DNA of 64,000 nt from Vicugna vicugna (Eukaryota). A program made the position numbers and the translations under genes. Below, piece after piece: positions 47,960 to 60,598 of this stretch. The stretch is taken from assembly GCA_013265495.1 (NCBI GenBank), contig MU058198.1:3050419-3114418 (forward strand). Reading direction: 5' to 3'. Position 1 is the stretch's first letter. Every line of letters starts with the position of its first letter. Below the pieces are notes generated by a model. It saw nothing but the letters and a program-made list of their open reading frames with translations. It was not told the origin of the DNA and searched no databases.

Positions 47960-48460
47960 ATTCGTTTCCTATGGACGCTGTACCGAATTACCACAAACTA
48001 AATGGCTTAAAACCACAGAAATTTGTTCTCTTACAGTTCTGGAGGTCAGAACTATGAAAAAAGTCATGGGGCTAAATGCAAGGTGTTGGCTGGGCTATGC
48101 TTGCTCTGGAGGCTTTAGGGGAGAATCCGTTTCTTTGCCTTTCCTGGCTTCTAAAACTGCATTCCTTGGCACCTGGCTTCTTGCTCCATCTTCAAAGCCA
48201 GCAGAGTAGCATCTTGCTTCAGTTGTTATATTATCTTCTTCTGCTGCAGCTGCAGCCAAATCTCCTTCTGCCTCTTTTTTATAAGGACACTTGTGATTAC
48301 AATTAGGGCCACCCAGATAACCCAGGGTAGTCTTTCCATCTCTAGATTCCCAACTTAATCATATTTGCAAAGACTCTTCGTGCGCCATAGAAGCTAACAT
48401 TCGCAAATTCCAGGGATTATGGTGTGGATATCTTGGGGGTCCATCATCCAGCCTCCCACA
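47960..48460 (-). mobile_element. MLT1C/D-like MaLR LTR
   Basis: aattaccacaaactaaatggcttaaaaccacagaaatt...ataaggacacttgtgattacaattagggccacccagataa. Confidence 0.75.
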
Positions 48461-48814
48461 AGTGCCCAGCAGCATGTGCCAGGCAAGCAGACAAATCTCA
48501 CTGCCCAGGTGGAGCTCATACCCTGCAAGGGGGAGAGGCAGACACAGAAACTATCAGTGTGAGAAATGAGTAAGCTGGACAGCATGTCGGAAGACGAGAA
48601 GTACTGTGGAAAGAAGAAAGTTCAGAGTAAGATAGAGAAGGTCCGGGAGTTCCAGGGCAGACGGAGGGACCAGTCTAAGGGTTATATGGTCAGAGGACAC
48701 CTTCACGCAAGGACGTTATCTGATCAGCTTGAGGGAGTCAGTCATGCAGACATATCTGGGAGAAGAATGTTCCACACAGAAGGAAAAGTCAGAGGTAACG
48801 AAACAGTCTCCTTT

Positions 48815-49185
48815 TAAAATAAATTTATTTACAATGGAATAGTATTCAGCCATAAAAAGGAGTGAAGCACTTATACAATTACAACACGAATGAAACCCAA
48901 AACCGCCCTGCTAAGTGAAAGCAGCCAGCCACCAGGGCCATGTATTGTGCACTTCCATTTATGTGAAACACTCAGAATAAGTAAATCTGTGGACATAAAA
49001 TAGATCAGTCATTGCCGGGGCGGGGAGGGGAAAGTGGCGAGCGATGATGGGGGTCTCCTTTGGAGGTGATGAAATGCTTTGGAACTAGACAGAGGTGAAT
49101 ACACTGAGTACCACTGAAGTGTCCCCTTTAAAATGGTGAATTTTATGTTATGTGAACCTTACCTCAATACAAGATTTTTTTAAAA
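48815..49185 (+). mobile_element. L1MB-like 3' UTR
   Basis: acaatggaatagtattcagccataaaaagg...aaatggtgaattttatgttatgtgaa. Confidence 0.75.
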
Positions 49186-52100
49186 AATATATTTGAATTA
49201 ATATTAAGTGAGTTGACAAAGAAAAATGATAAGAGAAGCCATAAGGAAAAACAAAATGCTCTGACCATAGAAGTCAGGCTAGCAGAAACTTCTCTGGGGT
49301 AGAGGTGGACGGAAGTGGAGGGGCTCAGAGGTCCACAGCCCATGGAGAACTGGCTGGCAGTGACCTATTTCTCAGCTTCATGGTGGGTACAAACATGGTT
49401 TGCATTCCTGTTTTTTAAACCACACACATGTTCTATGCACACCTCTCTAGTATTTGATTTTGCACAATATAAAAAGTCTCAAAAATAAGGAAAATGATGA
49501 AGTGGTAACTTAGGTATTGAATGGAGGTTAGTAGCGTCCTAAAAGCAATGTGATGTTCCTGGAAATGTCCCCCAGGGGCACATATCTCTCTGGCTCTGTC
49601 CCCTCCCTCCTCCACTGAGGCAACCCCAGAGATGGCTGGCGAGGTATCCCCTGGGATGGGTGTCCTGGGAAGACCCCTGGCATGCCCAGCTCTGGCCCAC
49701 CCAGCCACCGCCACCTCCCAGCAAGCTGAGGAAATCTTCCAGCTCCTTCTTTCCAGAGGCAGGACCAGCCCAGGGTGGAGAAAGGCCTGCATGAGCGGGA
49801 TTCCTGAGACATGTGCTTTAATGGCAGGCCACGGACTGAAGGAGCCTCATTGTACCCAGCTGGAGCTGGAAGGCACAGGAGAGGAGGTGGAACAAGACTG
49901 ATGGTTAACATGCTCCTCCCCTCCCCAAGGAACACTCCCAGAGGAATCTTCCCAGCTGGGTCTGCTCACATCTCTGGCCAGACCTGCAGGTCTATGCTGG
50001 ACAAATCTTGTTGTTTGACAGCTCTGTTTATTGACTACATGTACTTAGAAACCTGATAGTCGCCTTTTGTTCTTTTTTAATAACATTATTAAAAACACAA
50101 ATTCATATTTGTATTTATATAAAAGAAATAAATATTGGGCGAGGAATCTTGTTTGCAAGTGCCAAAAACCTACCTCACATCGGATTAAGAAGAAAATAAA
50201 AAGTTTTGGCTCACATAACTGGAAATGTGTCTTCAGCTTCAGGTGCGGTTGGATCCAGAAACTCAGATGATAAGATCAAAACTCTGACTTCCCACGCCTC
50301 CTCTGTGCTTTCCTTTATGTTAGCTCCATTCGCAGACACATTCCTGCTACAGGGTGTCAAAGATGGATGCTGGAAGGCCCATCTCTCACACCCCCAAAAG
50401 GAAGAGAGCTTCTCTCTTACAATTCTTCCAGAAACAAATTATCTGATGATCTTGCATTGGATGTACTTGAGTCCAGTGTCTTTTCTTGAACTAATCACTG
50501 TGGCAAAAGAAATGAAACACGGTGACTGTTCAGACCTGGATTGTGTACTTAGTTCTGCAGTAAGGGGAGCAGCCTCTCCACAGAAAAATGACAGTGAAAA
50601 AGGGTAGGGTAAGGAGTGATCTCCCCAAGAGCCACCAGGGTGCTGCCATCACAAGAAGGAAGAATGCATACTGGATCAGCACGAGCAACCTGCTACACAT
50701 TGTAGAAAACTGGAAAGTTTCAGAAAAGCACAGAGGAAAACAGAAACTGGCCATTATTCCGCCATGACAGGCTTCCTTGACAGAGCCTCTGGGCTATCTT
50801 TTCATACGCGAGGGAATTCAGTCAAGCTCAGCGGATGCCCCAACCCAGCAACATGACAGTGATACAAGTAAGAACACATGTAAGAGGTGAAAAGCAAAGG
50901 GAGCTTTGGTGAGACAGTGAGGCTGGGTACGCATGGTTCTCTGCCAGTCTCCTCCAGCCAGTCCATCCCCAGGTCCCCACCAACCTCAGAAGAAATTTCT
51001 GCCTTCTTCAATAACTCCCTTCACCCGTCCATCCACCATCAATTCATTCATTCATTTAACCATCTACTCACACATCCATCCATCCATCCTATCACCATCT
51101 ATCCACCAATCATTTTTCAAGCTCTGAAGTCAAGACTGGATGCCTGAGAAATCACCACACTGGACCACTGAGGCACCTCCAATTTGATGTAGGTCTGGGG
51201 GACAGGACAGACACGTGCCAGCCCCACCTTCATATCCTTGACTGACAGTTTATGGAAACGGACAGGCTTACCCACCACAACGGGAGCCAAGGCATGTCCT
51301 CATCACTTTTTCCCCACCTGGGGCAGAGATATCGGGAACGAGAGGTTGATTGGGGAGGTCACTAGCTGGTTCTCCAGATGGAAAGTTGGATTTGGATTTC
51401 TGGACCAAGGTTTGAGATCTTGAAATAATGTTCCAGGCCCTCATGGGTGATGGGTGCAGCTCATGGAAAAGGGGAGACTATGGTTGCCCTGAGCCAGCCA
51501 GCTGGCTTCAGAGTTTTTACAATGAGTCCCAGAAAAAAAAGGAAAAAATATAGGATCAGGGCTTGGCGTGGGGGTCTGATCAACCCATGGCTGGAGGAGG
51601 GGTTCACCCACAGTCAAGGTCAGGAGCCAACCTGTGATCAGGATCAGATTAGGGCCAGGCCCAGTGCATGACCAGATCTCTGGTCCTGCTGACCTCACGT
51701 TGCTCTCAGGCTTTTGGTGGCAGCTACTTCCTTGCCTGCAGGCATCTCTCAAGGTGGGCTTATCATTCACTCTCCTGGGTCCTCTCCACCACTTCCATGC
51801 CACTCCTTCCAGCCTTCTTCCTGTGAAGCTCTTGCCACCGCCTTCATCCTTATCCACACCACCCAGTATCATCCAGAGCCCTTGTTCATGTCCCCTGGAA
51901 GACTTCAGCCCCTGATGCCTTGTGTTCTTCTTGAATTTATGCTTTTCCAGCCGTGGCAGATACCCCAGCTCCCACTGGCTTTGGCAAAGGAGGGGGTGGG
52001 GAATGTTTTAACTCATTTAAATGAGACGTGTAGATGCATCTAGCATTGGTCACGAATGGACCCAGCTGTTCAGTCAGTCACTGGGGCTTCATCCATCCCT

Positions 52101-53681
52101 CTTCCCCATTTCCCTGATCAACTTGCCTTTATTCTCAAGACCACTTCTCTCCATAGAGTGGGAAGGTGGCCTCTGACACCCACCCCCACCATCCAAGCTT
52201 ATATTGCCATTCACATTGGAGAAAATGAGATCTTTTTCCCCAGCATACCTAAATCAAACTCGCTAAGGGACTCTGATTGGTCCTGCTTGGGTCACATGTT
52301 CAGCTCTGAACCAATCACTGTGGCTGCAGGATGGTGCATTCCAAGTGGCCATAGCTGTGTCACATACCCAACCGTGCACAATAAGAGTGAGTTCCATCCA
52401 AATCACGTGGATCCCCAAAGAATGGTGGCTGAGCAAGCAAGCATAGATCCTCACCTTGAGCAAACTGCATTTGAACTGCGAATGACCCACTCAACCAGGA
52501 GACCTTCCTCCACTCCAATGTCTTCATCTCCATCCCTCTGCACCCACTCCCAAGACTACAGCCTGCATATAAACATAGTTCTAATCCCTCCACCTTTCTT
52601 ACTCTGTACTCCTCCCATCCCGGCTTCTTGGTCCAGTCCAGTTCTCCAGACTCATTTGGCCTTCCCTAGACTACCAACTCTTCAGCCCTCTTCCGTATCT
52701 TCCTTCCATCCTAGACCCCATGTTCAAACATTGCAACCACCCTCTCTGCACCACCACCTTCATCATCCACACATACAGTGGCCAATCCAAATGGGAGTTT
52801 CCTTCTTCTCTGGACTCAACAGTGGGGACAGCCATGTTTTTGCATCGATTGTACACATTTGTGGTAATAGTGGCTATTTAGCGTAATGCTTCTCAAATTT
52901 CGACGTGCATATTATTCACTTGGGGACCAAATTTTAAATGCCGATGCTGATTTCTTAATTCTGGAGTGAGGTGTGCAGTTCTAACCAGCTTCCAGTTCTC
53001 AGGTGAGGGTGCTGTCTTCCGACCACACTTTGAGCAGCCAGAGCTTAACAATCTTCCCAGTGTTCCTCCTACTTCCCCCCAGGGAAGAACCACCTGGGGG
53101 CACTTGTTAAATATAAAACATTTCGAGTCTTTTCCCTGGTTTGGGTTGGAGGCACAGGGACTCTGTGATTCGAACGCATTCCAAGTGACTCTTATCTCCC
53201 AGGACGTTTGGGAAATACTGCTGTCTCATGGTCATTTGGTTGTATGACGCATTTTGGCTTCCAGACCTCTGCAGCTTCCGTCCACAAGCTCGACACTTTT
53301 CCCCTCTCCCTCCCTTCCAGTGGGTGAGCCGGCCCCTACCTCCCAGAGAAACCCACCCCTCCGGGTGGATTGGCATCAACTCTCTTGCCAATCAACTTCA
53401 GTTATGTCCCCTTTTGGCTTTGTTCTTTCCCCTCCAGTCTTGGAGAAAGAGGCCCCTCCCCAACCTGAGTCTGTCCCATCTGCCTTCCTCAGCCCCCTTG
53501 TTCAACTTCAGCTCTCCTCCATGCGTGTCTTCAACCTCTGCCAGTCTCCTGGGCCCTTCTTAGCCTGTGAAAACTCTCCCGTCCTAAGATCCCACTCTGC
53601 TAATACCCTATCTTCCTCCTCCCTTCACCACCAAACTTTGTTTTTCAGTCAAGTCTACCTTTATACTCCACAGTGCTGTCA

Positions 53682-53910
53682 TTTTTTTTTTATTGAAGTA
53701 AAGTCGGTTTACAATGTGTCAATTTCTGGTGTACAGCACAGTACTTCAGTCGTAAAGGAGCATACATATATTTGCTTTCATATTCTCTTTCACCATAAGT
53801 TACTACAAGATATTGAATATAGTTCCCTGTGCTATACAGTATAAATTTATTGTTTATCTATTTTATATATAGTAGTTAAGATCTGGAAATCTCGAACTCC
53901 CAGTTTATCC
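53682..53910 (-). mobile_element. 5'-truncated L1 3' end
   Basis: poly-T, ttccctgtgctatacagt; TSD aca(g/a)tgct(g/a)tcattt. Confidence 0.82.
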
Positions 53911-53941
53911 AACAATGCTATCATTTAAAAAGACAATATTT

Positions 53942-54262
53942 TACAAAATAGAAACAGACTCATAGATACAGAATACAAACTTGTGGTTGCCAGAGAGGAG
54001 GAGGGTGGGATGGAACAGACTAGGAATTCGGGATTTGTAGATACTGACAGGTGTATATAGAATAGATAAACAAGATTATACTGTATAGCACAGGGAAGTA
54101 TATACAAGAACTCGTGGTAGCTCACGGTGAAAAAGAATGTGACAATGAATATATGTGTGTTCATGTATAACTGAAAAATTGTGCTCTACACTGGACATTG
54201 ACACAACATTGTAAACTGACTATAACAATAAACTAAAATTTTAAAAATTTAAATTAAAAAAA
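53942..54262 (+). mobile_element. 5'-truncated L1 3' end
   Basis: Closely similar to the L1 at 2986-3367 (aaatagaaacagactcatag...ttgacacaacattgtaaa). Confidence 0.85.
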
Positions 54263-54911
54263 TGATATTTTTAGGTCAGTTAACATTTAAAAAAATTTTT
54301 AAAAACCTTTTTATTTTGAAATTATTTTAGATTTATGAGTGAGCCATGAAATCAGTTTAGATTTCCAAGTGAGCCACAAAAATAGTACAGAGTTGCCATA
54401 TACCCTTCATCCAGCTTCCCCTAATGTTAATGTCTTAGAGAATTTGGCACATTGGTCAAAAAACTAGGACATTGATGTTGGTACAACACTATGAACTAAA
54501 CTACACACATTATTTGATTTCACTTGTTTTTCTGCTAATGTCCAGAAAATGTATATTTTTAATTATACAAGGCCTACATTCATCATTCTTTTAAAAACTA
54601 AGAAGTACAAATATAAAAAGAGAAAAAAATTATGGTCACCAAAACCACCATCCAGACACCACTACAGCTAACATTTTGTTGTCCCTCTTGCAGTGCTTTA
54701 CCAATATAAATCAATTTTTTTTTACAAAAATATGCTCACCCTGCCCTGCAATCTGCTTTTCCCACTAACCTCTATATTGTAAATGGCCTTCCATATTTAG
54801 TAATTATCACTCCAGATCATAGTTTTTATTTTGTTGAAATTTTTATTGTAACTTTTTGGTAAGCCATTGATTCACATGATTCTAAATTCAAAAGGTAGAA
54901 AAGTGTATTTA

Positions 54912-55100
54912 ACAAAAATACATAACAAGTTTACAACTGCATAATGCAGGGTACTACATTCAATATCTTGTAGTAACCTATAATGAAAAATACATGAAAA
55001 CGAATATATGTATTTATATGTATGACTGAACTATTATGCTGTACACCAGGAATTGACACAACATTGTAAACTGACTACACTTCAATTAAACAAAATATAT
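54912..55100 (+). mobile_element. L1 3' end fragment
   Basis: caatatcttgtagtaacc...gaattgacacaacattgtaaactgactacacttcaat. Confidence 0.78.
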
Positions 55101-55869
55101 ATATATATCTAAATCTCCCCGTCATCCCCATTTCCTTCTCACTCAATTCCTTCCCCTCCCAAATTATTATGTAGATCAAAAAGTATTAAAGGCTGAAAGC
55201 AAATTCTGAGATGACTTACCCATTATTTTACTCAACTAGTCCCCTATTACTGGATACTTGGGTTGTTTCCATTGATTTACATTATAAATGATACTTTGAA
55301 TTAACAACTTTATGCCTCCTCCTTTGCCCAGCTGTCCAATTATTTCCTTAGGATAAATTGGTAGTGAAGTGGCCAGGTCAAAGAGTTGAAACTTGTTGGG
55401 GGCAAGGGTCTTTTGATTTCAGATTGCTTTCTACAAAGGTTACACACCACTTCCTACACCCAGGCCCCCCATACTGTACCAATCAGGTGGGCCTCAGGGA
55501 TGTTATTTCAATCTGCATTTCTTGTGTAACCAGATAGGTTGGGTCCTGTTTATTTGGTACCTCTGTGCAGGTGAATTTCTTGGAAGATGACCACCTCCAC
55601 TTTTTTCACTCCCCATTTGACTCCTTATAATCTGGGATCCAACCTCATTCCTCCTCCACCAAGATGCTCCAGCAGAGCCTAGCACATAAGCAGTCAATCA
55701 AGTGAGCCCTTCCCCTCCCTATTTAATTTCCCTCTGTCACTGAACATTACAGACGAGGCCATCCTTCAAAAAAAAAAAAAAAAAGAAAAGAAAAAGTGTG
55801 GTTGTTAGATTGCGTCTCTTTTTTTAATCCAGCAAAAATAAAACAAAATAAAATAAAATAAAAATTCTA

Positions 55870-56900
55870 GCTTTGTTTTATAGAACTCACAATTTTATGT
55901 TTCTAATCTGAATTTTGACCAACATACACAGTCACGTAACCACTGCCATGATTATAACATAGAATATTTCCATCACTCCAAAAAGTTCCCTTCTGCTTCT
56001 CTGTAGTCAGTCCCTTCCCAGCCCCAGTCCCTGGCAACCACTAATCTGCTTTTCATTACTATAGTTTTGCCTTTTCTTGAATTTTATACCAGTGGGATGA
56101 AATAGCACTCGGGATTTTGTTTCTTTTCACTTAGCATAATGCCTTTAAGATTCATCAGTGCTGCTGCAAGTGTAAGTTGTTCGTTCCTTTTTACTCCATT
56201 GTACGGCGATACCACAGTTTGTTTATTCCCAAATTGATGGACTTGAGGAATGTTTCCAGTTTGAGGCTATTTGAAATAAAGCTATTAAGAACATTCAAGT
56301 ATAACTTTTTCTATGAACACAAATTTTCACATTTCTTTGGTAAATCCCTTAGAGTGGCATTCTGAGTCACTGTGCAAGTGTATATTTTACTTCATAAGAA
56401 ACTGACTCTGTTTTCCAAAGTGGCTGCACCGTTTTACATTCCCATCAGCAGTGTATGAAAATTTCAGATGCTACACATCTTCACCAACTCATAAGGCGAT
56501 TCACAGCCCCACGGTGATTGGTTCAGAGCTGGACATGTGACCCAGGCAGGACCAATCAGAATCCCTTGGTGAGTTTGATCTAGTGGGAAAGGTGGATCTC
56601 CTTTCCTTCGACATGAATGGGCTGTACTTGGTATGGTCGATCCTTATAATTCTAGCCATATGAACCGGTCTGAGGTGGTGTCTCAGTGTGGCTGAAAGTG
56701 CATTTTGGGGGGGGGGGGGGGAAGTACAGCTCGGTGGTAAAGTGCCTGCTTAGCATGCACCAAGTCCTTGGTTAAGTCTCCAGTACCTCCACCAAAATAA
56801 ACAAACCAACCAACCTGAAAATAAAAAGTGCATTTCCGTAATGACTAACGAATTTAAGCATCTTTTCCACACGCTTACTTGCTACTCACATACCTTCTTT
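55870..56900 (-). mobile_element. Old L1M 3' region, interrupted by a templated insert and a SINE
   Basis: ccctggcaaccactaatctgctttt...tttccaaagtggctgcaccgttttacattccca. Confidence 0.78.
56707..56826 (+). mobile_element. tRNA-derived SINE with G15 head, nested in old L1
   Basis: Family match; TSD aaagtgcattt. Confidence 0.88.
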
Positions 56901-57449
56901 GTTTAAAATCTTTAATTAAATGAAAATTAGGGTAACACATGCCCCTGGGTTTAAAATGATTCAAAAAGTACAGAAGGGCAAAGTGAGTCTCCTTCCTATA
57001 TCTCTGATAGCCCCAGGAGGGTGACGGCTGAGGAAAACTGAAGCACAAGTACCTTTCCCCCCATTACACAGCCAGCCAGTGGTGGGGCTGGGGACCGAAC
57101 CAAGGCCATCTGGCTCCAAAGCCATCTTTATCCATTTTTACATAGATGATAGCACATCCTGTTCTATTCTGCTTCTGACTTTTTTCACTTCAAATATCTT
57201 AGATACAGTTCCAAATTAGTACTTATCGATCCCCATTATTTGTTTTGATAACCCTGAGATTCCACTGAGATGATGTGCGATTATTTATTGAAGTCCCCTA
57301 TTGATGGACGTTTAGCTTGTTGCCAACCCTTCGCTACAACACATAACGCTACAGTGAGTATCCTTGTACAAACCTCTCTGTGGCCATGTATAAGCGTCTC
57401 CATCCAGTGGATTCCTAGAAACGGAATTACTAGGCCAAAGGGTATGTGT

Positions 57450-57545
57450 CTTTATTATTTTATTTTATTTTATTTTATTTTATTTTATTTTATTTATTTA
57501 TTTATTTATTTACTTTTTAAAATTTTTATTGATTGATTGATTGAT
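57450..57545. repeat. (TTTTA)n/(TTTA)n/(TTGA)n compound microsatellite
   Basis: Seen directly. Confidence 0.9.
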
Positions 57546-57639
57546 TTTTACTATTTTAGAGTGCCTGTTTCCTCACATCGTCTCCAACACCGTGTTAAAC
57601 TTTTCCATTCTTGCCCGTCTGGCAGACTTTTAAAAAAAA

Positions 57640-57779
57640 TTTTTTGGGGGGTGGGCAGGGAGAGGTAGTTAGGTTTGTTTTTTTGTTTGTTTGTTTGTTT
57701 GTTTGTTTGTTTAGAGGAGGTACTAGAGGACCTTGTGCATGCTAAGCATACGCTCTACCACTGGAGCTATACCCTCCCC
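57640..57779 (-). mobile_element. tRNA-derived SINE with B-box deleted
   Basis: gtactagagggaccttgtgcatgctaagc lacks the ttgaaccc segment; TSD tgg(c/t)aga(c/t)tttt. Confidence 0.85.
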
Positions 57780-58583
57780 TTGGTAGATTTTTTTAATGCT
57801 CCCCCTTCACTGTTTCATTGTGCCTTTCTTCATTATGAATGAAGTTGAGTGTGTTTTCATGTCTGGAAAATTCAATTGCATTTCCTGTGAATCAAAATTC
57901 TCCTTAAGATGCCTGGTGGTGTCGCATCTAGCCCCTGGTTCTGCACTTCTCTGATTTTTCTTCTTCTACGCCTTCTTTGCTGGCTTTCCTCCCTCCCTTT
58001 TCCCTTCCCCAAAGACATTTCTCTTTGGCTTCCTCCTGAGTCCTCTTCTCACTCTACTTTATCTGCTGGGCTACCTTGTTCTTGCCCCCCAGGGGACATT
58101 GTCTCTTTCTCATTTACCATTCTCATTCTATATCTTATATAACTCTCGGTGAGTTCCAGAGCCACATTTTCATTTGCCTTCTGGACATGTCTACCTCAGC
58201 ATCCTTCAAACACCTCAAAAGTCTCTATGTTCAAAACTGGACTTGGTCTCTTCCCTCTCCAAATCTGTTCATCTTCCCCAAATGTCAGCTGGGGGTCACC
58301 TCCATCTACGCAGTTAGTCAGGCAAAAACCATGGAAGTTCTGCCTTCGTCCTCAATCCAACCAGTCACCGAGCCCTAAATGTTCAGCTGGTTTTAAAAGT
58401 GAGTTGCTTCAGTGCACTGGACGAGACCCACAATTTAGACGTCTCAATTTTGAGACAGAAGACTTCATCTATGGCTCTTTCAAACCTCCTTTGGCCTACA
58501 GTCTTCTCCACTGGATCCCAGGATAACTTATTGCTAAATCTAGCTTTTTCGATGATATCCAAGTCACACCTTCTATCCTAGGA

Positions 58584-58587
<4 letters not shown>

Positions 58588-58624
<37 letters not shown>

Positions 58625-58641
58625 CGCGCGCGCGCGCATGC
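58588..58641. repeat. (TG)n(CG)10 alternating purine-pyrimidine tract
   Basis: gtgtg...tgcgcgcg...catgc, 54 bp uninterrupted alternation. Confidence 0.95.
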
Positions 58642-60598
58642 TATGATTAGGTCTGGTTAATGAGTGCTGAGGTTTTCCACCTCAGGGCAGCATTAGGCCT
58701 CATTTACAGATGCAGTATGTCAGGGAAGACCCAGCTTCCCTGTGTCCCAGCCACTGGGAAGTCTGTGAAGGCACAGGTCCAAGCAGGGGCCTCTCACTCG
58801 CTATCAGCTGCTGTATACCTGGGGCTCTGAGAGATAGCTAAAAATATACCTCCAAACTGGGGCAAAAGTTTTGCTCCTCCTATCTCCCCTAGATGTATTG
58901 CAAGTTGAAAAAGCAAGCCTAGCTGATAATAATCGTTAACACTGATTAAACTTTTACTTATGCCAGACACAGCCCGTTGTGTTACATACGTGATCTCACC
59001 TCATCCTTGCAATGGCCTACAGAATGGCCTACAACAATGCTCGTGTCTTATTCCCATTTGACAGAGGACACAGAGGCTCCAGGAACTTAAGTAACTTTCA
59101 TGGACCACAAAGACCACGGGTTTAAACACTTCACTACACTTCAGCAGAGTGGTTTGTTGACGTGGAACTCTAGCCATGGCGAACTCAGGCACAGACACAC
59201 TGAGATGCCTTAGCGCAACATCAGAGAGGCCGCCCAATCCCCAGTGCCAGCTGCTTGCCTGAGCCCCGCAGAGCAGATGCCTGCTGGCCGCCTCCAGGTG
59301 GTTCCTACTGCAGGCTGACCTCAGGGCACCAGCCCCCGTTCGAAGAGTGCAGTTCCCTCTACCCTGGGACTTATCTTGCTCCCTGGAGGGGTGGCAAAGC
59401 CCCACCCACTAGTGTTCCAACATTCTTTCTGATCCCCAGCCACCATCCCAGGCCTGGTTCCTCGAAGCCAGCCATTCACTCTTTCAGGGAATATTCACTA
59501 AGTTGTGACAGGCACTGAGCGAGAGACAAAAATAGTGCCTAGCGCTGTGCCGTACATGTACTTGGCTCCCTGTAAATGTTTTTCAGACAAATGAATAGGC
59601 ACTGCCCAGTGCTCTGTGGACTATAGGGAAAGACAGGTCAGCAAACAGAGGTAGAATTCCAGGTGTGAGTTCAATGACAGACAGGCTATGAAAACTTCTA
59701 AAAGCACAGCATAGGATATCTACTCAAGGGAACTTCCCAGAACACTTCCTGGGGGAAGTGGGGCTTAAGTAGAAGCCTGAGGCATGGCTTGGTTAGCCAA
59801 GTGAAGGAGGATGAGGCAAAGGGAGAATAGAAAATAAGAGAGAAAAGGCTCCCTACAGGAGAGTAGAGAAGGGTGCTGTGTACAGCAACTCAGAAGCATT
59901 AAGGGATTTCTGCGAGATACACTGCGCTTAAAGCAGATTGAGGGTGATGACTGCCAAGCCATGATTCATTCCAGGCAAGAGAAAAGCCCATTCAAGGAGG
60001 AGGTGGAAGGGACAAAATATCCCCATGATCCCTGCTGACTCAGAGCACACCAGCTGGGGACAAAAACGGTCCACAGGTGCAGCCTGGGGGGATGGTATAG
60101 GAGCAAAGCTTGATTCTGCCGAAGTGTCCACCAATGTCTCCCAAACTAGGAGATATGCTAGATTAAACAGGGTCACCCTCAAGCAGAGGTAAAATCCCCT
60201 GATGCATCTGCCTGGGCTGAAGCTCTGTCCTTATCTCACAAGTTGCTGACTCTTTAACAAGACAAAGTAAAGGTACAGTAAACTTTTCCCTCCTCTTTGT
60301 CTGGGCCAAAAATATTTAAACAGACTTGAATTCATCCTAACGCCCAGTGTTGAACAAATATAGTCCTCCTTCTGTAAGAATGAGCAAATAGAGAATAATT
60401 ATACACAGATACCTGGCAGGTCAAAAGGATACTGATATGAGGAATGAGAACAAATGTCCCTGGTTAAGCCACTATTACGGCCCAGAGGGCAAAACTTAGG
60501 GGGGAAAGTTGCTAATTTGTAGACTTACCAATATTAGAGGCTGTTAAATTTCTAAAACAATTCCTCTACTTTTAATCGTTACATAATATTAAAAAAAA

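Noticed and set aside
52056..52886. 276-aa ORF on the + strand
   Set aside because: Runs through an MLT1-type LTR fossil and C/T-rich low-complexity DNA; no recognisable protein motif.
60447..60460. AGAACA-aa-TGTCCC steroid-response-like element
   Set aside because: Spacer is 2 bp, not the required 3.
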